Shown: piece by piece, positions 12,629 through 26,166 of the stretch | Layout of the letters: every line of letters begins with the position of its first letter | Position numbering within the stretch: position 1 is the first letter of the stretch | NCBI GenBank assembly: GCA_951406725.2 | Contig: OX597818.1 | Span: 19,592,001-19,656,000 of the forward strand | Length of the DNA: 64,000 bases | Origin: Octopus vulgaris | Taxonomy: Eukaryota | Direction: 5' to 3' | Made by a program: the position numbers and the translations under genes | Notes under the pieces: generated by a model | Seen by the model: only the letters and a program-made list of their open reading frames with translations | Database searches by the model: none | Told to the model about the DNA's origin: nothing

Positions 12629-13020
12629 ACACCTCCATATATGGGTACAGGATGTCACCAACAGTAAAAAAAACATGAAATACGAAAACAAATTAATTCA
12701 ATACGCAAACAACGAGAAAAACAAATGGAAAACAAGACAAGTAACAGAAAGCATGACCCTTCATCAGTTGTCGGCTGTCTATCTACTCCTCTCGGAGAAT
12801 CAAGAACTCACAGTTAGCAGTGCTGTAAGGAATTAGCAATCAGTTCACACAGTAATTAAATAATGTAGTTTAACTTGTCCATGCAACCCACAATCCAGAA
12901 CATAGAAGCAATGAATATTTCTACGAGAGTAAATAATAAACAAAAATCCAGTAAGTAAATGCAGATTTATTACGTACATATGATTTCCATATAGATAGAT
13001 GATAAGTAGATAGATATGCA

Positions 13021-13101
<81 letters not shown>

Positions 13102-13337
13102 TGTTTGAGAAATTTGCTATCTCCATATTGATGGGAAAACAAATATGAGTTCAATGCATACGTAATGAGATCATATCATTATGTATATATTTATGTGTGA
13201 GTGTAAATATATATGGGAATATATATATATATATGCATTTTTATCTTTATGTATCTATCTAAATGTGTGTATATATATGCTTGTGTTTATGTATGTATTG
13301 ATATACAAGAAGTTTTTATCAACTGATATAATGTAAT

Positions 13338-13387
<50 letters not shown>

Positions 13388-13389
<2 letters not shown>

Positions 13390-14169
13390 AGCAGCATAGC
13401 CCGGCGTTGCCCGGGTATGTAAGAAACTTTGTCGATAAGCAATGCCCTTTACCTTTTTACCCTTTTTTGTACTCATTGAACTGTTATTTTGTAAAATGGA
13501 GCCTAAAAGGCATTAAGGCATTCAAGGCACCGTTCCCTTGCATACATGAAGAAGTAGGGAAAATCTATGTGAACTTTCAAAAAATATCGCAGAAAAATCG
13601 GTTTGCTATGTGTGCCATATATGATGTAATTAACCGATTTTTTCCAGTAATAACGTATCCTATTGGAATCAAAAGGGCCATATAGCTCCTTGGAGCAGTC
13701 ATGATGCTCGCTGTGAATTTCAAAAAAATTCCTGCCAATTTGTTAAAGATATTGTCAAAAATATGTCATCTTGAATTTGAACGCGATTTCCCAAAATGGC
13801 ATGATTTTATCGATTTTTTCTGATGGTAAGGTATTGCATGGAAAACTAACGACAGAATTAAGTTCCTTAGGGTAACATTAAGCTTCACCATGAGTTTGGT
13901 AAAAATCGATTGCATGTTGCGAAAACTACAACAGAAAATGTGTTGCATATGATAAGCTTAGATTCTAGACTCCATGTCGAATCTATCGATTTTTTTCAGA
14001 ACTGGGGGAACTTTTCAAAATTTTCGCTGCGTTAGTTTTGAATTATGACATTGGGCTATGTGTGTGTCAAGTTTCATCAGAATCGGTTGAAAGCCGTGGT
14101 CAGGGTGAGGGTACAACCTGACAGACACACAGACACACAGACAGACAACTTGCCTTTTATATATATAGA
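13388..14169 (-). mobile_element. Non-autonomous Helitron
   Basis: Minus strand starts TCTATATATATAAAAGG and ends with hairpin CCCGG-GCAACG-CCGGG then CTAG|T. Confidence 0.8.
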
Positions 14170-14647
14170 GAAGAGATGAGTGCTCTGTTTGGTTTACTAC
14201 TAAAACTTCAGTTTGAACTGCAACTGAAAAGTGCAGTGTTGAGATGCCTATCAGAGGACACTGGAAATGGTTTCTCCTTGAGCAGGTAGATATAGATTAA
14301 AATAAAATAAAAACTGAAAAAAAGCAAAACATTTGGCATCATTTGAAAAAGATCCCATTTAATTTAGGTAGAAAACATGTACGTATGGCTCAGTGGTTAA
14401 GGGCATTTGGTTCACGATCGCAAGGTCGTGATTTCAATTTCAGACGGCGCGTTGTGTCAGGCACTTTATTTCACGTTGCTCCTGTTGCTGACAAAAGTGA
14501 GTAGTACTTGTATTTTCACATTCTCTTTTAAGAACTACGTTAAGGGTATATGTGTCTATGGAGTGCTCAACCATTTGCACGTTAATTTTATGAGCAGGCT
14601 GTTCCGTTTATACACTATCAAGTTTCTTTTGTTTTACACACACACAC

Positions 14648-14960
14648 ACATGGCTCAGTGGTTAAAGCGACCGTGAGGTTGTGAGTTCGAATCCCGGACC
14701 AGACTGCGTGTTGTGTTCTTGAGCAAGACACTTTATTTCACGTTACTCCAGTTCACTCATCTGTCGAAATGAGGTACGACGTCTCTGGTACCAAGTTGAA
14801 TCGACCTTTGCCTTTCTCTTGGATGACATCGGTGGCGTGGAGAGAGGCTGGTATGCATGGGCAACTGTTGGTGCTTCATAAACAACCTTGCCTAAACTTG
14901 TGTCCCTGAAGGTAACTTTCTAGATGCAATCCCATGGTCATTCGTGGCCGAAGGGGGTTT
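14648..14960 (+). mobile_element. tRNA-derived SINE family C (TGGCTCAGTGGTT head)
   Basis: A box TGGCTCAGTGG and B box GTTCGAATCC; other copies at 35715-36033 (-) and 51343-51580 (-); related heads at 14385 and 15965. Confidence 0.8.
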
Positions 14961-15357
14961 CTGCATATATGTATTTATATATATCGTCAGTAAAAAACAT
15001 AAATCCGAAAGAAGCACATCCTAAGATATAGAGCAGTATACATTAAAAATGGGAAGGCCGGTTTATGGGATTACCTTAGAATTCCCTTAGGTTTCTATAA
15101 AGAGTTTAGCTTTATGGCGTATCGTCAAATCCCAAAACCTGTTGGCCCAAAGTTGTGTGTGTATGTGTGTGCATACATATACATATATATCCATACACAA
15201 AGATATATCCATACGGTAGTATCAATTGTGACTGTGACTTCAGATGTTATTTCCTCCTGCGCCATTCAAGAAATAAAACCATATTCTCTTTAAATCTTTT
15301 ACGATATTAATTGATCATTGCGAGTGAGAGATACCAATTTCTGTAGCAAATGTTATA

Positions 15358-15870
15358 TCTATATATATAAAACTGTAGTTGTGTGAGTGTCTGTCCCCTT
15401 CGATTTAGATTCCTAACTACTCCCACATTTTGCGGTGCAGTTTAACCAAATTCGGGTATCTTATAGTCGTGATTCATATCGAGCCCGTCTGAGTATTAGC
15501 GCGCGTCTACGATGAGTCTACGATTTTAAAAATAATTTAACATCATTTTTTATTCCATTTTAATGCATAATTTTTCGTGTGTCGATGGCGGCGGAGTTGG
15601 CGTCCATGGTCACACCTGCACCTGTTTGCTTCTCCCCCTTCTTCCCTCCCTCGTGAAGCTGTGGGGAAGGGAGTGTAAGGAAATCAACGTCGTAAAGCGT
15701 TGTCAAGGAGACCAGCGTTCTTTTAGAACAACAACTTCGTGGCTTGAAGACACCAAAACAGAAATGGCTAAGAAAGCCCGAATTGGCATCTATAAGGGAA
15801 GTAACTCTCTAAAAATGCTTATATAGTTATTTCCCTTACAAACCCGAGCAACGCCGGGCGATACTGCTAG
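15358..15870 (+). mobile_element. Non-autonomous Helitron
   Basis: A|TC start, subterminal hairpin CCCGAGCAACGCCGGG (15843-15858), CTAG|T end; no TSD. Confidence 0.88.
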
Positions 15871-17103
15871 TATATATATATAAATTTGACACTCACACGT
15901 GTGTGTGTATGTTTGTGGAGAGTATAATAATAGCCAATATCTTAGTTGATTTTGTTGGTTGGTTGACTGGTTGGTTAAGGTAGTCGGTTCACGATCATAA
16001 GGTTGAGAGTTCGGTTCCCGGCGGCGCGTTGTGTCATTGAGCAATGCACTTTATTCCACGTTGCTCCAGTCCACAAAGTTGGCAAAAATAAGTCGTACTT
16101 GTATTTCAAAGGGTCAGCTTTGTCACATTCTGTATCACGCTGAATCTCCCCGAGAACTATGTTTAGGGTACGCGTGTCTGTGGAGTGCTCAGCCACTTGC
16201 ACGTTAATTTCATAAGCAGGTTGTTCTGTTGATCGGATCAACTGGAACCCTCGTCGTCGTAACCGACGGAGTGCCAGTCTGATTGGTGTTTTTTTTGTTG
16301 TTTTTTTTTGGTTGGTTGGTTGGTTGGTTTGTGGAATACTCCTGTTACGCCTTAAAAAGTATAGAGAGAGGGGGAGAGAGAAAAACATCGATTCAGAGTG
16401 AGTTGACAAAGGTGTGCGAGTACACACACTCGGATTGGTGGCAGGCGATAAGTTAAAGAACTCTACACACATACATACACACACACACAAACACACACAG
16501 AGTGAGAGAATCATAGATCGAAACGAGAAGGGTGGAGGGATGGGAGGGAGGGAGAAGTGGAGGAGGAGTTGAAGTGGGGGTGGATAGGAAATAAATAGCA
16601 AAGTGGTGATGGGATGAAATACACAAATGAAATATAATTCAATTCTAATATAAGTTTCTGACGTCATAAATATTTCTCATGTCATAAATATTTCTCACGA
16701 GATAAAAGTCGAAGACTTCTCGGTCATCGACATTTTTTCTACTCAAAAAGGGTTTTTCAATCGAAAACTTACTTGCTACTTCGAGATTCAGTTCCAAAAC
16801 GGAATAAATATTTTTTTCTTTTAAAAGTCAGCATTTATTTCATATTTTGTATAAGCACCAAGAAATTTGATAAGTGTCAATTTATAATTATTGTATGTAT
16901 GTCGTATTTCCTTACATTACACATGGCGGCAAAAATATGGTTTATTCACTGTTTTCTATATAACAGATGCAATATATTTCGTCTAGGTATATGCATGCGA
17001 ATACACGTCATTGACAAGCTCCAGCTAGGCAGAAGTGCATCTGACCTTCTCGTTAGCCGACAGTGGGACGATATTTTCGCATCCCTCCGATATAGATGTT
17101 TTG

Positions 17104-17209
<106 letters not shown>

Positions 17210-17247
17210 TATGTATGTATATATATATATATATGTATGTATGTATG

Positions 17248-17302
<55 letters not shown>

Positions 17303-17452
17303 ATTTCCGAGTATGTATATATATGTATGTGTGTGTGTCCTTGTGTCTGTTTTCCCTCACCACCACTTGACAACCGGTGCTGGTTTGTTTACGTCCCCAC
17401 AACTTAGCGGTTCGGGAAAAGAGAACGATAGAATAAGTACCAAGCAATAAAA

Positions 17453-17528
<76 letters not shown>
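17453..17528. repeat. (TTA)n microsatellite
   Basis: Direct reading. Confidence 0.95.
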
Positions 17529-17529
<1 letters not shown>

Positions 17530-18300
17530 AAGGACTGTTTGTAGAAGGTCAAGCTGGAATATTTCCTGACTGTAAACTTCTAAATCCTAACCCTTATTAT
17601 GCAATTTTGACCATGTCATATATTAGTATTGCCAATGAGGTGATGCATAGTCAAACTTTTATATCGTCATTGAGGGTTTTTGGGAAGTTTTATTGTGTGG
17701 TGTTCCTCTTGACTAAGAATGGCGATGCACGATACATAGAATAGATTAGTGAATGTACCCTTCCTGTTTTAAAAGGGTAAGGTGTAGTTTATGTGTCCCG
17801 GTAGGAGAGTATTTCAAATAGCTCGATTGTAAAAGCGCTGGGGTGCGTCAGCGGGGAGCGATTACGTATGACAGATTAATTTCTCTGTAAACTTACCACC
17901 GCCACCACCATCATCATCATCATCAACATAATCAGTTCTAAAGATACGTCAGTACCGCCACCAGCACTAACACCACCATCACATCACAAATACCAATACC
18001 CACACAACCGTCAGCACCAACACAACCCCAACCCCGTCACAACATCGCGATCACCACCAACACCACTATCAACACCAACAACACCACCACAACCAAAATC
18101 ACCAACGCTAATACTACCATCAACCCTATTAACACCACAACCACCACCATCACTACTATTATATATGACTTCATTTCCAGTCGTCATAATACTGTCTATT
18201 AACACTATTGTTTTGTATTGTTTTGGTTGTTGTGCCAAGTCGTGTTGGGAACTTTCTGGCACCGGGTTGACAGTTTCATTATTTATTTGAATTTCAATAC

Positions 18301-18372
<72 letters not shown>

Positions 18373-18924
18373 CCCGTTCTGTGACATATGCATATTACTC
18401 ATCTCACCTCAATTTGCATGTATAGTTGCAAATACACAGGCACATGCACGCACATGTGTACGATATTTATGTGTGTGTGTAATTATGTTTTTACTGTGTT
18501 ATTCTCCTTGTCCCGTATTTTACTGTTTTTATTTGAATAGGTTTTACTGTCTTGTTTTGTTTTTACTGTCCTGTTCTTGTTACCACTTTTAACCCTCTGC
18601 ATAAAATCCCAAATTTTATTTAATCTGCTTTGCGGGAAGGACTGTTTCAAGAAGTCGCGTCTTGTCCTTACCTTCGAAAAGCGGAGTAGCCGAAACAGGG
18701 ACAAATGAAGAAGGGGAATATTCCTTGTATTGAACTCTGTTTTTTCGTTGTTTGAAAAAAAAGTCCGTTTCCATGTTTTAGTTGTTATGTTTTCGTTTCT
18801 CATTGTGTTCAAGGTTTTTTTATTTGGTGTCCTGTACGCATATATGCATGTATATATACATATAGATGTAGGCATGTACATATATGTAAGTATATATGCA
18901 TATATTTATATATTATTTTGCTAT

Positions 18925-18966
<42 letters not shown>

Positions 18967-19624
18967 AGAGAGAGAGAAAGAGAGAAAGTGAGTGTGTGTG
19001 TGTGTAATAGTCATATATATTTTTAGTGACTTAGAAGTTTCACCTGTGATCGTCTTCGATAAAGTGAATCCTCTTGCTATACATACTATTTATAACCTCG
19101 CGGCCCATTGTGTGCATGGTATAATAAGTACCAAGTAGACGGATTTTATAGAGTTTTAGATTAAGTTGAATTTGTAGATATGTAAAATCGGATTAAGAAG
19201 ATTTTGAATAATTGGATCAAGACGTTTTGTGTTGGTGAAAAGAATTTTGTGGGAGTGTGAATGTCAGGTAGGGTGAATTTGGTGAAGGCCAAAACAGAAT
19301 ACTATGTGGCTGGGTGGAGGAGAGGATTCACTAGAATTAAATGTATGTTAGTAGAGAAAATTGAGCCGATTAAAAGCATTTTTGAGTGGAACTATGTTGA
19401 GGTTTTGAAGAATTTTTCAAACCATATCAATGGACATATCAGCATATTTACGTACATACGCATGGTTTACACATACACACATACACACAAACGTTTAAAT
19501 GTATATAGACATGCAGATGTATAGATAGACAGACTAATACATACACACATGTATACGTATACATAAGCACAAGTATATGTATGTGCGCGCGTGCGTGTGT
19601 ATTTGTGTATGTATGTACATGTAT

Positions 19625-20042
19625 ACTCTTTTACTCTTTTACTCTTTTACTCTTTTGCTTGTTTCAGTCATTTGACTGCGGCCATGCTGGAGCACCGCCT
19701 TTAGTCGAGCAAATCGACCCCGGGACTTATTCTTTGTAAGCCCAGTACTTATTCTATCGGTCTCTTTTGCCGAACCGCTAAGTGACGGGGACATAAACAC
19801 ACCAGCATCGGTTGTCAAGCAATGCTAGGGGGACAAACACAGACATACAAACACACACACATATATATATATATATACATATATACGACAGGCTTCTTTC
19901 AGTTTCCATCTACCAAATCCACTCACAAGGCTTTGGTCGGCCCGAGGCTATAGTAGAAGACGCTTGCCCAAGGTGCCACGCAGTGGGACTGAACCCGGAA
20001 CCATGTGGTTGGTAAACAAGCTACTTACCACACAGCCACTCC
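19625..20042 (-). mobile_element. tRNA-derived SINE family B, near full length
   Basis: Reverse complement of the GGAGTGGCTGTGTGGTAAG head; internal TA/TG tract; (AAAGAGTA)n tail. Confidence 0.85.
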
Positions 20043-20043
20043 A

Positions 20044-20076
<33 letters not shown>

Positions 20077-20163
20077 ATATATATAATGAGGCTTTTACAT
20101 GCCGAAGACTACTTGGTGTAATTGATAATTATTCCAAATTAATTAATTTCACCCTTCATTATT

Positions 20164-20268
<105 letters not shown>

Positions 20269-20802
20269 TGTATATGTACGGATACACATATGCATCATAT
20301 ATAGACATATGTATGTATCTGTGTGCGTTTGTATACATACTCATATACACATTGATTCTTCTAGTTTGGTCTGAAAGTCTATTACGCTACCATATCAGGA
20401 CCTATTTTTCATAGAGCTATATACCCTTTTTGCACATATAAAAAAAAAACTCTGGTTTGAATACTACACGCCCGGGCGCCTCTTTTATTTTATAACTCCT
20501 TGTAAGTCACGAAAACGTAGCAAAACACTTTGATGTCATCATGGGATCAAAAGGGTCTTTCAAGATTTGCGACTTCACTGGTCTTCATGTGTTATTGGTT
20601 CTACATACTAAATCCCTTTTTAATTCAAGTGAACTTAATACAGAGTAAGATTTGTACTTTCTTCACAAATTTAGACTGCAGCAGATTAATTTAGAAAAAA
20701 TCTATTTTTCAAAAAGTTATCTAGTTCATTCGACACACAAAGAGAAAACAGTCACTTTTCTAGACGTGAATTTCATTTAGATATTTCTTTGTATAAATAT
20801 TT

Positions 20803-20964
20803 GTGGCTGTGTGGTAAGTAGCTTGCTTACCAACCACATGGTTCCGGGTTCAGTCCAACTGCGTGGCATCTTGGGCAAGTGTCTTCTGCTATAGCCTCGG
20901 GCCGACCAATGCCTTGTGAGTGGATTTGGTAGACGGAAACTGTAAGAAGCTTGTCGTATATATG

Positions 20965-21019
<55 letters not shown>

Positions 21020-21230
21020 ATGTTTGTGTGTATGTGTTTGTCCCCCTAGCATTGCTTGACAACCGATGCTGGTGTGTTTACGTCCCCGTCACTTGGCGGT
21101 TCGGCAAAAGGATCCGATAGAATAAGTACTGGGCTTACAAAGAATAAGTCCGGGGTCGATTTGCTCGACTAAAGGCGGTGCACCAGCATGGCCGCAGTCA
21201 AATGACTGAAACAAGTAAAAGAGTAAGAGT
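20803..21230 (+). mobile_element. SINE family B
   Basis: Closely similar to 22878-23258. Confidence 0.85.
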
Positions 21231-22264
21231 ATAAATCATGCTTTCTACTATTGGCACGAAGCCAGCAACTTTGGGCGAGGTGTTAGTCGATAATATTCAG
21301 TCCACAATTTAACTGGTATCATTTCATCGACCTCGAAAGGATGAAAGGCAAAAGTCGACCACGATGTAATTTGCAATCAGAACGTAAAACCGGAAGAGAT
21401 GGTGCTAAGCATTTTATCCGAAGCGCTAAAGATTCTGCCTGCTCGCCGCCTTAATATAATGTTCTAATGCATATCTATGTTCTCCAACCACAACCTAAGC
21501 CGTTCAAGAATTTGGACCTGGAGATCTCCATTTTCAGCGACTTCGAGGGCCACCTCCCAGTGGTGTCGGGCGTCAACGAAGAGCCCTCGACTACAACAAG
21601 ACAACCAAACTTTTTTTTTATCCCAAGGTCTGGGGGTCTCCCGCCACTAAGCCCTAGACCATCACCTAATCACCCTTACCCGTCTTGTTGCTTAACAACA
21701 ACAACAACCACAACCTAAGTATAATTAAAAGCTTATGTTTCTCCTTTCACTCACTCACTCGCTTTCTCTCTCTCTCTTTTCTCTCTCTCCCTCCCTCTCT
21801 CTCCTTCCTCCCCCCCTCTCTCTCTCTCTCTCTCTCTTCCGCTTGTTCTTTTGCTTAAAAGTATGGTTCCAGCGATCTAATAGTGTAAAAATATTGTTGT
21901 CAATATATCAGTAATTTATTCAAGTCGAGATAAATCTTTCTTAGTTTTTTTCTTTTTAATTTTTCTTAGAAATATTCGCTTTTGTTTTCTCATATGTTGA
22001 TATGAGCCGTCCAACAATTTCCTTCAATTATGAAGCTGTGTTCAACTTTCTTTCGTCCAATCTATAGATTCTTGTCTTCTTGATGAAAACTTCCAACAGT
22101 CTTTGCCTTTGTGTGTGTGCGCGTGTGCCCGTTCTTTTCTGAAATTGAAGACAGCTTCGTCACGATAAGCAAACGTATCCGTACTTTACGCGAGCTTCAC
22201 GTAATGTTTGCCGTGCGTGCTGAATCACTAATTATGTGCGTGTGTATATATGCATGAATATATA

Positions 22265-22308
<44 letters not shown>

Positions 22309-22385
22309 TATATGTGTGTGTGTAAATTCGGTTACATGGCTACATATGTATAAGCAGGGATATATATATATATATATATATATGA

Positions 22386-22464
<79 letters not shown>

Positions 22465-22466
22465 GA

Positions 22467-22558
<92 letters not shown>

Positions 22559-22580
22559 TATGAATGTGTATATATATATG

Positions 22581-22618
<38 letters not shown>

Positions 22619-22846
22619 TGTGTATATATATATGTATATATATATGAATGTGTATATATATATAAATATATATATGAATGTGTATATATATATATATGTA
22701 TGTATGTGTATATATATATATGCATGTATGTGTATGTATATATATATATATACATACACATACATGCATATATATATATATATAGGCATATGTATGTGTA
22801 TCTGTGTGCGTTTGTATGCATACTCATATACACATTGATTCTTCTA

Positions 22847-22877
<31 letters not shown>

Positions 22878-22879
<2 letters not shown>

Positions 22880-23258
22880 CGCAGGAGTGGCTGTGTGGTA
22901 AGTAGCTTGCTAACCAACCACATGGTTCCGGGTTCAGTCCCACTGCGTGGCATCTTGGGCAAGTGTCTTCTGCTATAGCCCCGGGCCGACCAATGCCTTG
23001 TGAGTGGATTTGGTAAACGGAAACTGAAAGAAGTATGTCGTATATATGTGTATGTGTGTGTGTTTGTCCCCCTATCATTGCTTGACAACCGATGCTGGTG
23101 TATTTATGTCCCCGTCACTTAGCGATTTGGCAAAAGAGACCGATAGAATAAGTACTAGGCTTACAAAGAATAAGTCCTGGGGTTGATTTGCTCGACTAAA
23201 GGCGGTGCTCCAGCATGGCCGCAGTCAAATGACTGAAACAAGTAACAGAGTAAAGAGA
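22878..23258 (+). mobile_element. SINE family B, full length, inserted in (TA)n
   Basis: GGCGCAGGAGTGGCTGTGTGGTAAG head, CORE-like CTTGGGCAAGTGTCTT segment, CR1-like 3' stem-loop tail; further copies at 11628-11830, 31350-31680, 32365-32740, 45640-46100, 49883-50305, 59922-60245. Confidence 0.88.
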
Positions 23259-23261
23259 GCG

Positions 23262-23306
<45 letters not shown>

Positions 23307-23326
23307 TGTATATATATATATGTATT

Positions 23327-23368
<42 letters not shown>

Positions 23369-23372
23369 TGTA

Positions 23373-23417
<45 letters not shown>

Positions 23418-23422
23418 GAATG

Positions 23423-23470
<48 letters not shown>

Positions 23471-23652
23471 ATGTTACATTACTCGGTAGTCAAGATAAAA
23501 CTCTGAGTTTCAGATGCCGAAGTGGAAATCCACAACACCATCTCTTCGGTTATCTGGCTATTTGAAAACGTTATGAAAAAATACCGTTAAAAATGAAGGG
23601 AAATTACTCTGTTATAACTCTGCTTTGCCTGCGTACTTATACATCGCTCGCA

Positions 23653-24666
23653 TTAATGAAACACTTCGGACTTAGTATAACTATAGACACTAACCTGACG
23701 GTTGTCAATTTCTTAGACGTTTCCTTAGATCTTAATAATAATATTTATAAGCCTTATAGGAAGCCCAATGATAGACTAAGTTATATTAATGTAGGTTCAT
23801 GCCATCCCCCTATAGTATTCAAAAATTTAGTTTAAAATATTAGTAAGAGGATTTCTAGCCTCTCATCTAATGAGGACATCTTCAATAGCGTTGCCCCAGT
23901 TTATAATAAAGCTTTAAAAGATAGTGGTTTTAGCGAAAAAATAAAATATACACCTATCACCAGCCCAACAGTAAGGAAAAGGAATAATAGAAATAGGAAG
24001 GTCATCTGGTTTACGCCCCCTTACTCACCCGAGGTGGCCTTCAATATAGGTAAATATTTCCTAGCACTGATAGATAGACATTTTCCAGTTAACCATGCTT
24101 ATAGGAAACTCTTCAATAGACACAATTTAAAAATTAGTTTTAGTTCAACTACCAATTTTAAAAACATAATCAATCATAACATACAAAAAACACAAGAAGA
24201 AAACAGCTGTTCATGCAGGAATAAAGAATTGTGCCCGCTAAATGGAGCTTGCATGTCCAAGACCATCATATATGAAGCTACCGTACACTCTATAACCACT
24301 AAAGACACCGTTTCGACGAAGAAATACGTGGGCCTGACAGAGGGTAATTTCAAGGCCAGGTTCAATAACCACACTTTGAGCTTTAGGCACTGGAACAAAA
24401 GAAAAGCGACACAATTATCCAATCATATTTGGTCTTTAAGAGATAAAGGTGTCGATTATAACATACAATGGAAGATTTTGGCCAGATGTAAGCCCTATAC
24501 TAACGGCAGCGGAAGGTGCGGTTTATGCGACATGGAGAGATGGCTTATCTGGAAAAGCAGCTTAGACCCTACCACATGTCTAAATACAAGGACAGAGCTT
24601 TTCGGATCATGCCCACATGTGACTAAATTTCTGTTACGTTTTTGGTCCCCTAAAGAAAACGGATAG
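23653..24666 (+). pseudogene. PLE RT C-terminus + GIY-YIG endonuclease, one frame with a single TAA (23833-23835)
   Basis: VNFLDVSLDL...YKPYRKPND...SCHPP; IWFTPPYS; CSCRNKELCPLNGAC; IIYEATV...YVGLTEGNFKARFNNH; CGLC; LNTRTELFGSCPH. Confidence 0.9.
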
Positions 24667-24861
24667 AACATGCTTTCTGTGTTATGTCCCAAGAAGATTT
24701 TATATATTTTTATATATTTTTATATATTTTTATGTATTTTTATATAATTTTTATGACGAAAAATGCGAGCGATGTATAAGTACGCAGGCAAAGCAGAGTT
24801 ATAACAGAGTAATTTCCCTTCATTTTTAACGGTATTTTTTCATAACGTTTTCAAATAGCCA

Positions 24862-24922
24862 GATAACCGAAGAGATGGTGTTGTGGATTTCCACTTCGGC
24901 ATCTGAAACTCAGAGTTTTATC
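24862..24922 (+). ncRNA. Hammerhead-like fold in the PLE pLTR (mirror copy at 23494-23554, minus strand)
   Basis: Stem I GATAA/TTATC; core CCGAAGA; stem II GATG/CATC with an extra U; GAAA; stem III ACTC-a-GAGT; GUU site. Confidence 0.55.
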
Positions 24923-25020
24923 TTGACTACCGAGTAATGTAACATATTGTATAGATAAATTTCCTCTATTTACATAATATTGAGGTCTCTTTCTTTCTTT
25001 TGTTATCTTACCGTTTTATC

Positions 25021-25071
<51 letters not shown>

Positions 25072-25091
25072 TGTATATATATATATGAATG

Positions 25092-25122
<31 letters not shown>

Positions 25123-25171
25123 GAATGTATATATATATATATATGTGAATGTATGTATGTATATATGAATG

Positions 25172-25202
<31 letters not shown>

Positions 25203-25334
25203 GAATGTATATATATATGAATGTATGTGTTTATATATAAATATATATATAAGGTTTTTTATAAGGTTTTGTATATATATATATATATAAACACTTGTAT
25301 CATCTTTATACTGTCAAATGAGCAAAACAGGTTG

Positions 25335-25384
25335 CATAACTGTCAGTTTCATGTAAATCTCCATATATTCACAGTCATCAGATG
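25335..25384 (-). ncRNA. Minimal type I hammerhead-like motif
   Basis: Minus strand: CAT-CTGATGA-C-TGTGAAT-loop-ATTTACA-T-GAA-ACTG-a-CAGT-T-ATG. Confidence 0.65.
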
Positions 25385-25857
25385 AGCCTACTCGAATCGA
25401 GAACAGCTTCTACAAAACGTTGGAGGAAGGTGTGATAGCTGTATCCTCTGAACATGTACTATTGAAGTAATTTGAATGTATATATCCAAATAGAGGGCGT
25501 GGAACAGACGGATAAAACGCAGGCTACATATGATTCTTAGCTAGCTGATCCACTGATGTAATGGTTAGTCAACGAGGAGTGCTCAACACCGAATCGGTGA
25601 ATAAATATTTTTTATTTGTGGTTAACAAGGCTACATCATAATGGAATGGAAATAATATTAACACGCTGGACTTGTACTCACTAACATACAAAAATATGGG
25701 ATGGTCATGACTGGAACGCCTGTGATCATTCTTCTGTTGTATTTGAACTGACCATAGTTTTAATAATAACATTGAATATAAATATATTTATAAACTAATA
25801 GTTGTTTTTTTTCATCTACTTTCAGGCAAGAATCACAAACCTCACAATCAATTAACC

Positions 25858-26166
25858 ATGTCGATAAATATTCCAGTCTTTAGCGATGATTTGACCCTCT
25901 TAGACCGACACAACAAAATCCTCACGGACATCCAACATGATCTGGACAACACCGACTGGAGTAAAGAACTGGACCGCATGCACCGTGACATGTTGACATT
26001 AAAACCCAGTCAGCCGGACCGAATGTGCCCTTCGCCTACTCCACAAAAAGTAGAGAAATTTATGTCCAAGGACATACACGGCCGCCCTATATTCAGTGCT
26101 AGGTTCGATGTCCGGCAGTTTGAGCCTCAAGAAATCGAAGTCCGAATAGCGGAACATAAATTAAAG
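25858..26166 (+). CDS. Small heat-shock protein with two alpha-crystallin domains (p40/major egg antigen-like), coding exon 1
   Basis: ACCATG start after acceptor TTTCAG (25825); FSARFDVRQFEPQEIEVRIAEHKLK begins an ACD; donor AAG|GTAAAT, phase 0. The frame is open back to the acceptor, so an upstream coding exon is possible. Confidence 0.9.

Larger units (their letters stand above)
23463..25024 (+). mobile_element. 5'-truncated Penelope-like element (Naiad-like) with inverted pseudo-LTR
   Basis: 192-bp inverted repeats 23463-23654 / 24762-24953 flank RT C-terminal/thumb and GIY-YIG coding sequence; sits in a (TA)n tract. Confidence 0.9.

Noticed and set aside
12635-12800. CTGATGAAGGG (minus strand) in a repeat also seen at ~1676-1830 and ~18660-18840
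   Set aside because: Probably a pLTR-type repeat, but no GAAA/stem arrangement completes a hammerhead in these copies.
23833-23835. In-frame stop in the Naiad-like ORF as possible selenocysteine recoding
   Set aside because: The codon is TAA, not TGA, and is not at a Cys-motif position; the Cys motifs use normal codons and no SECIS was recognised.
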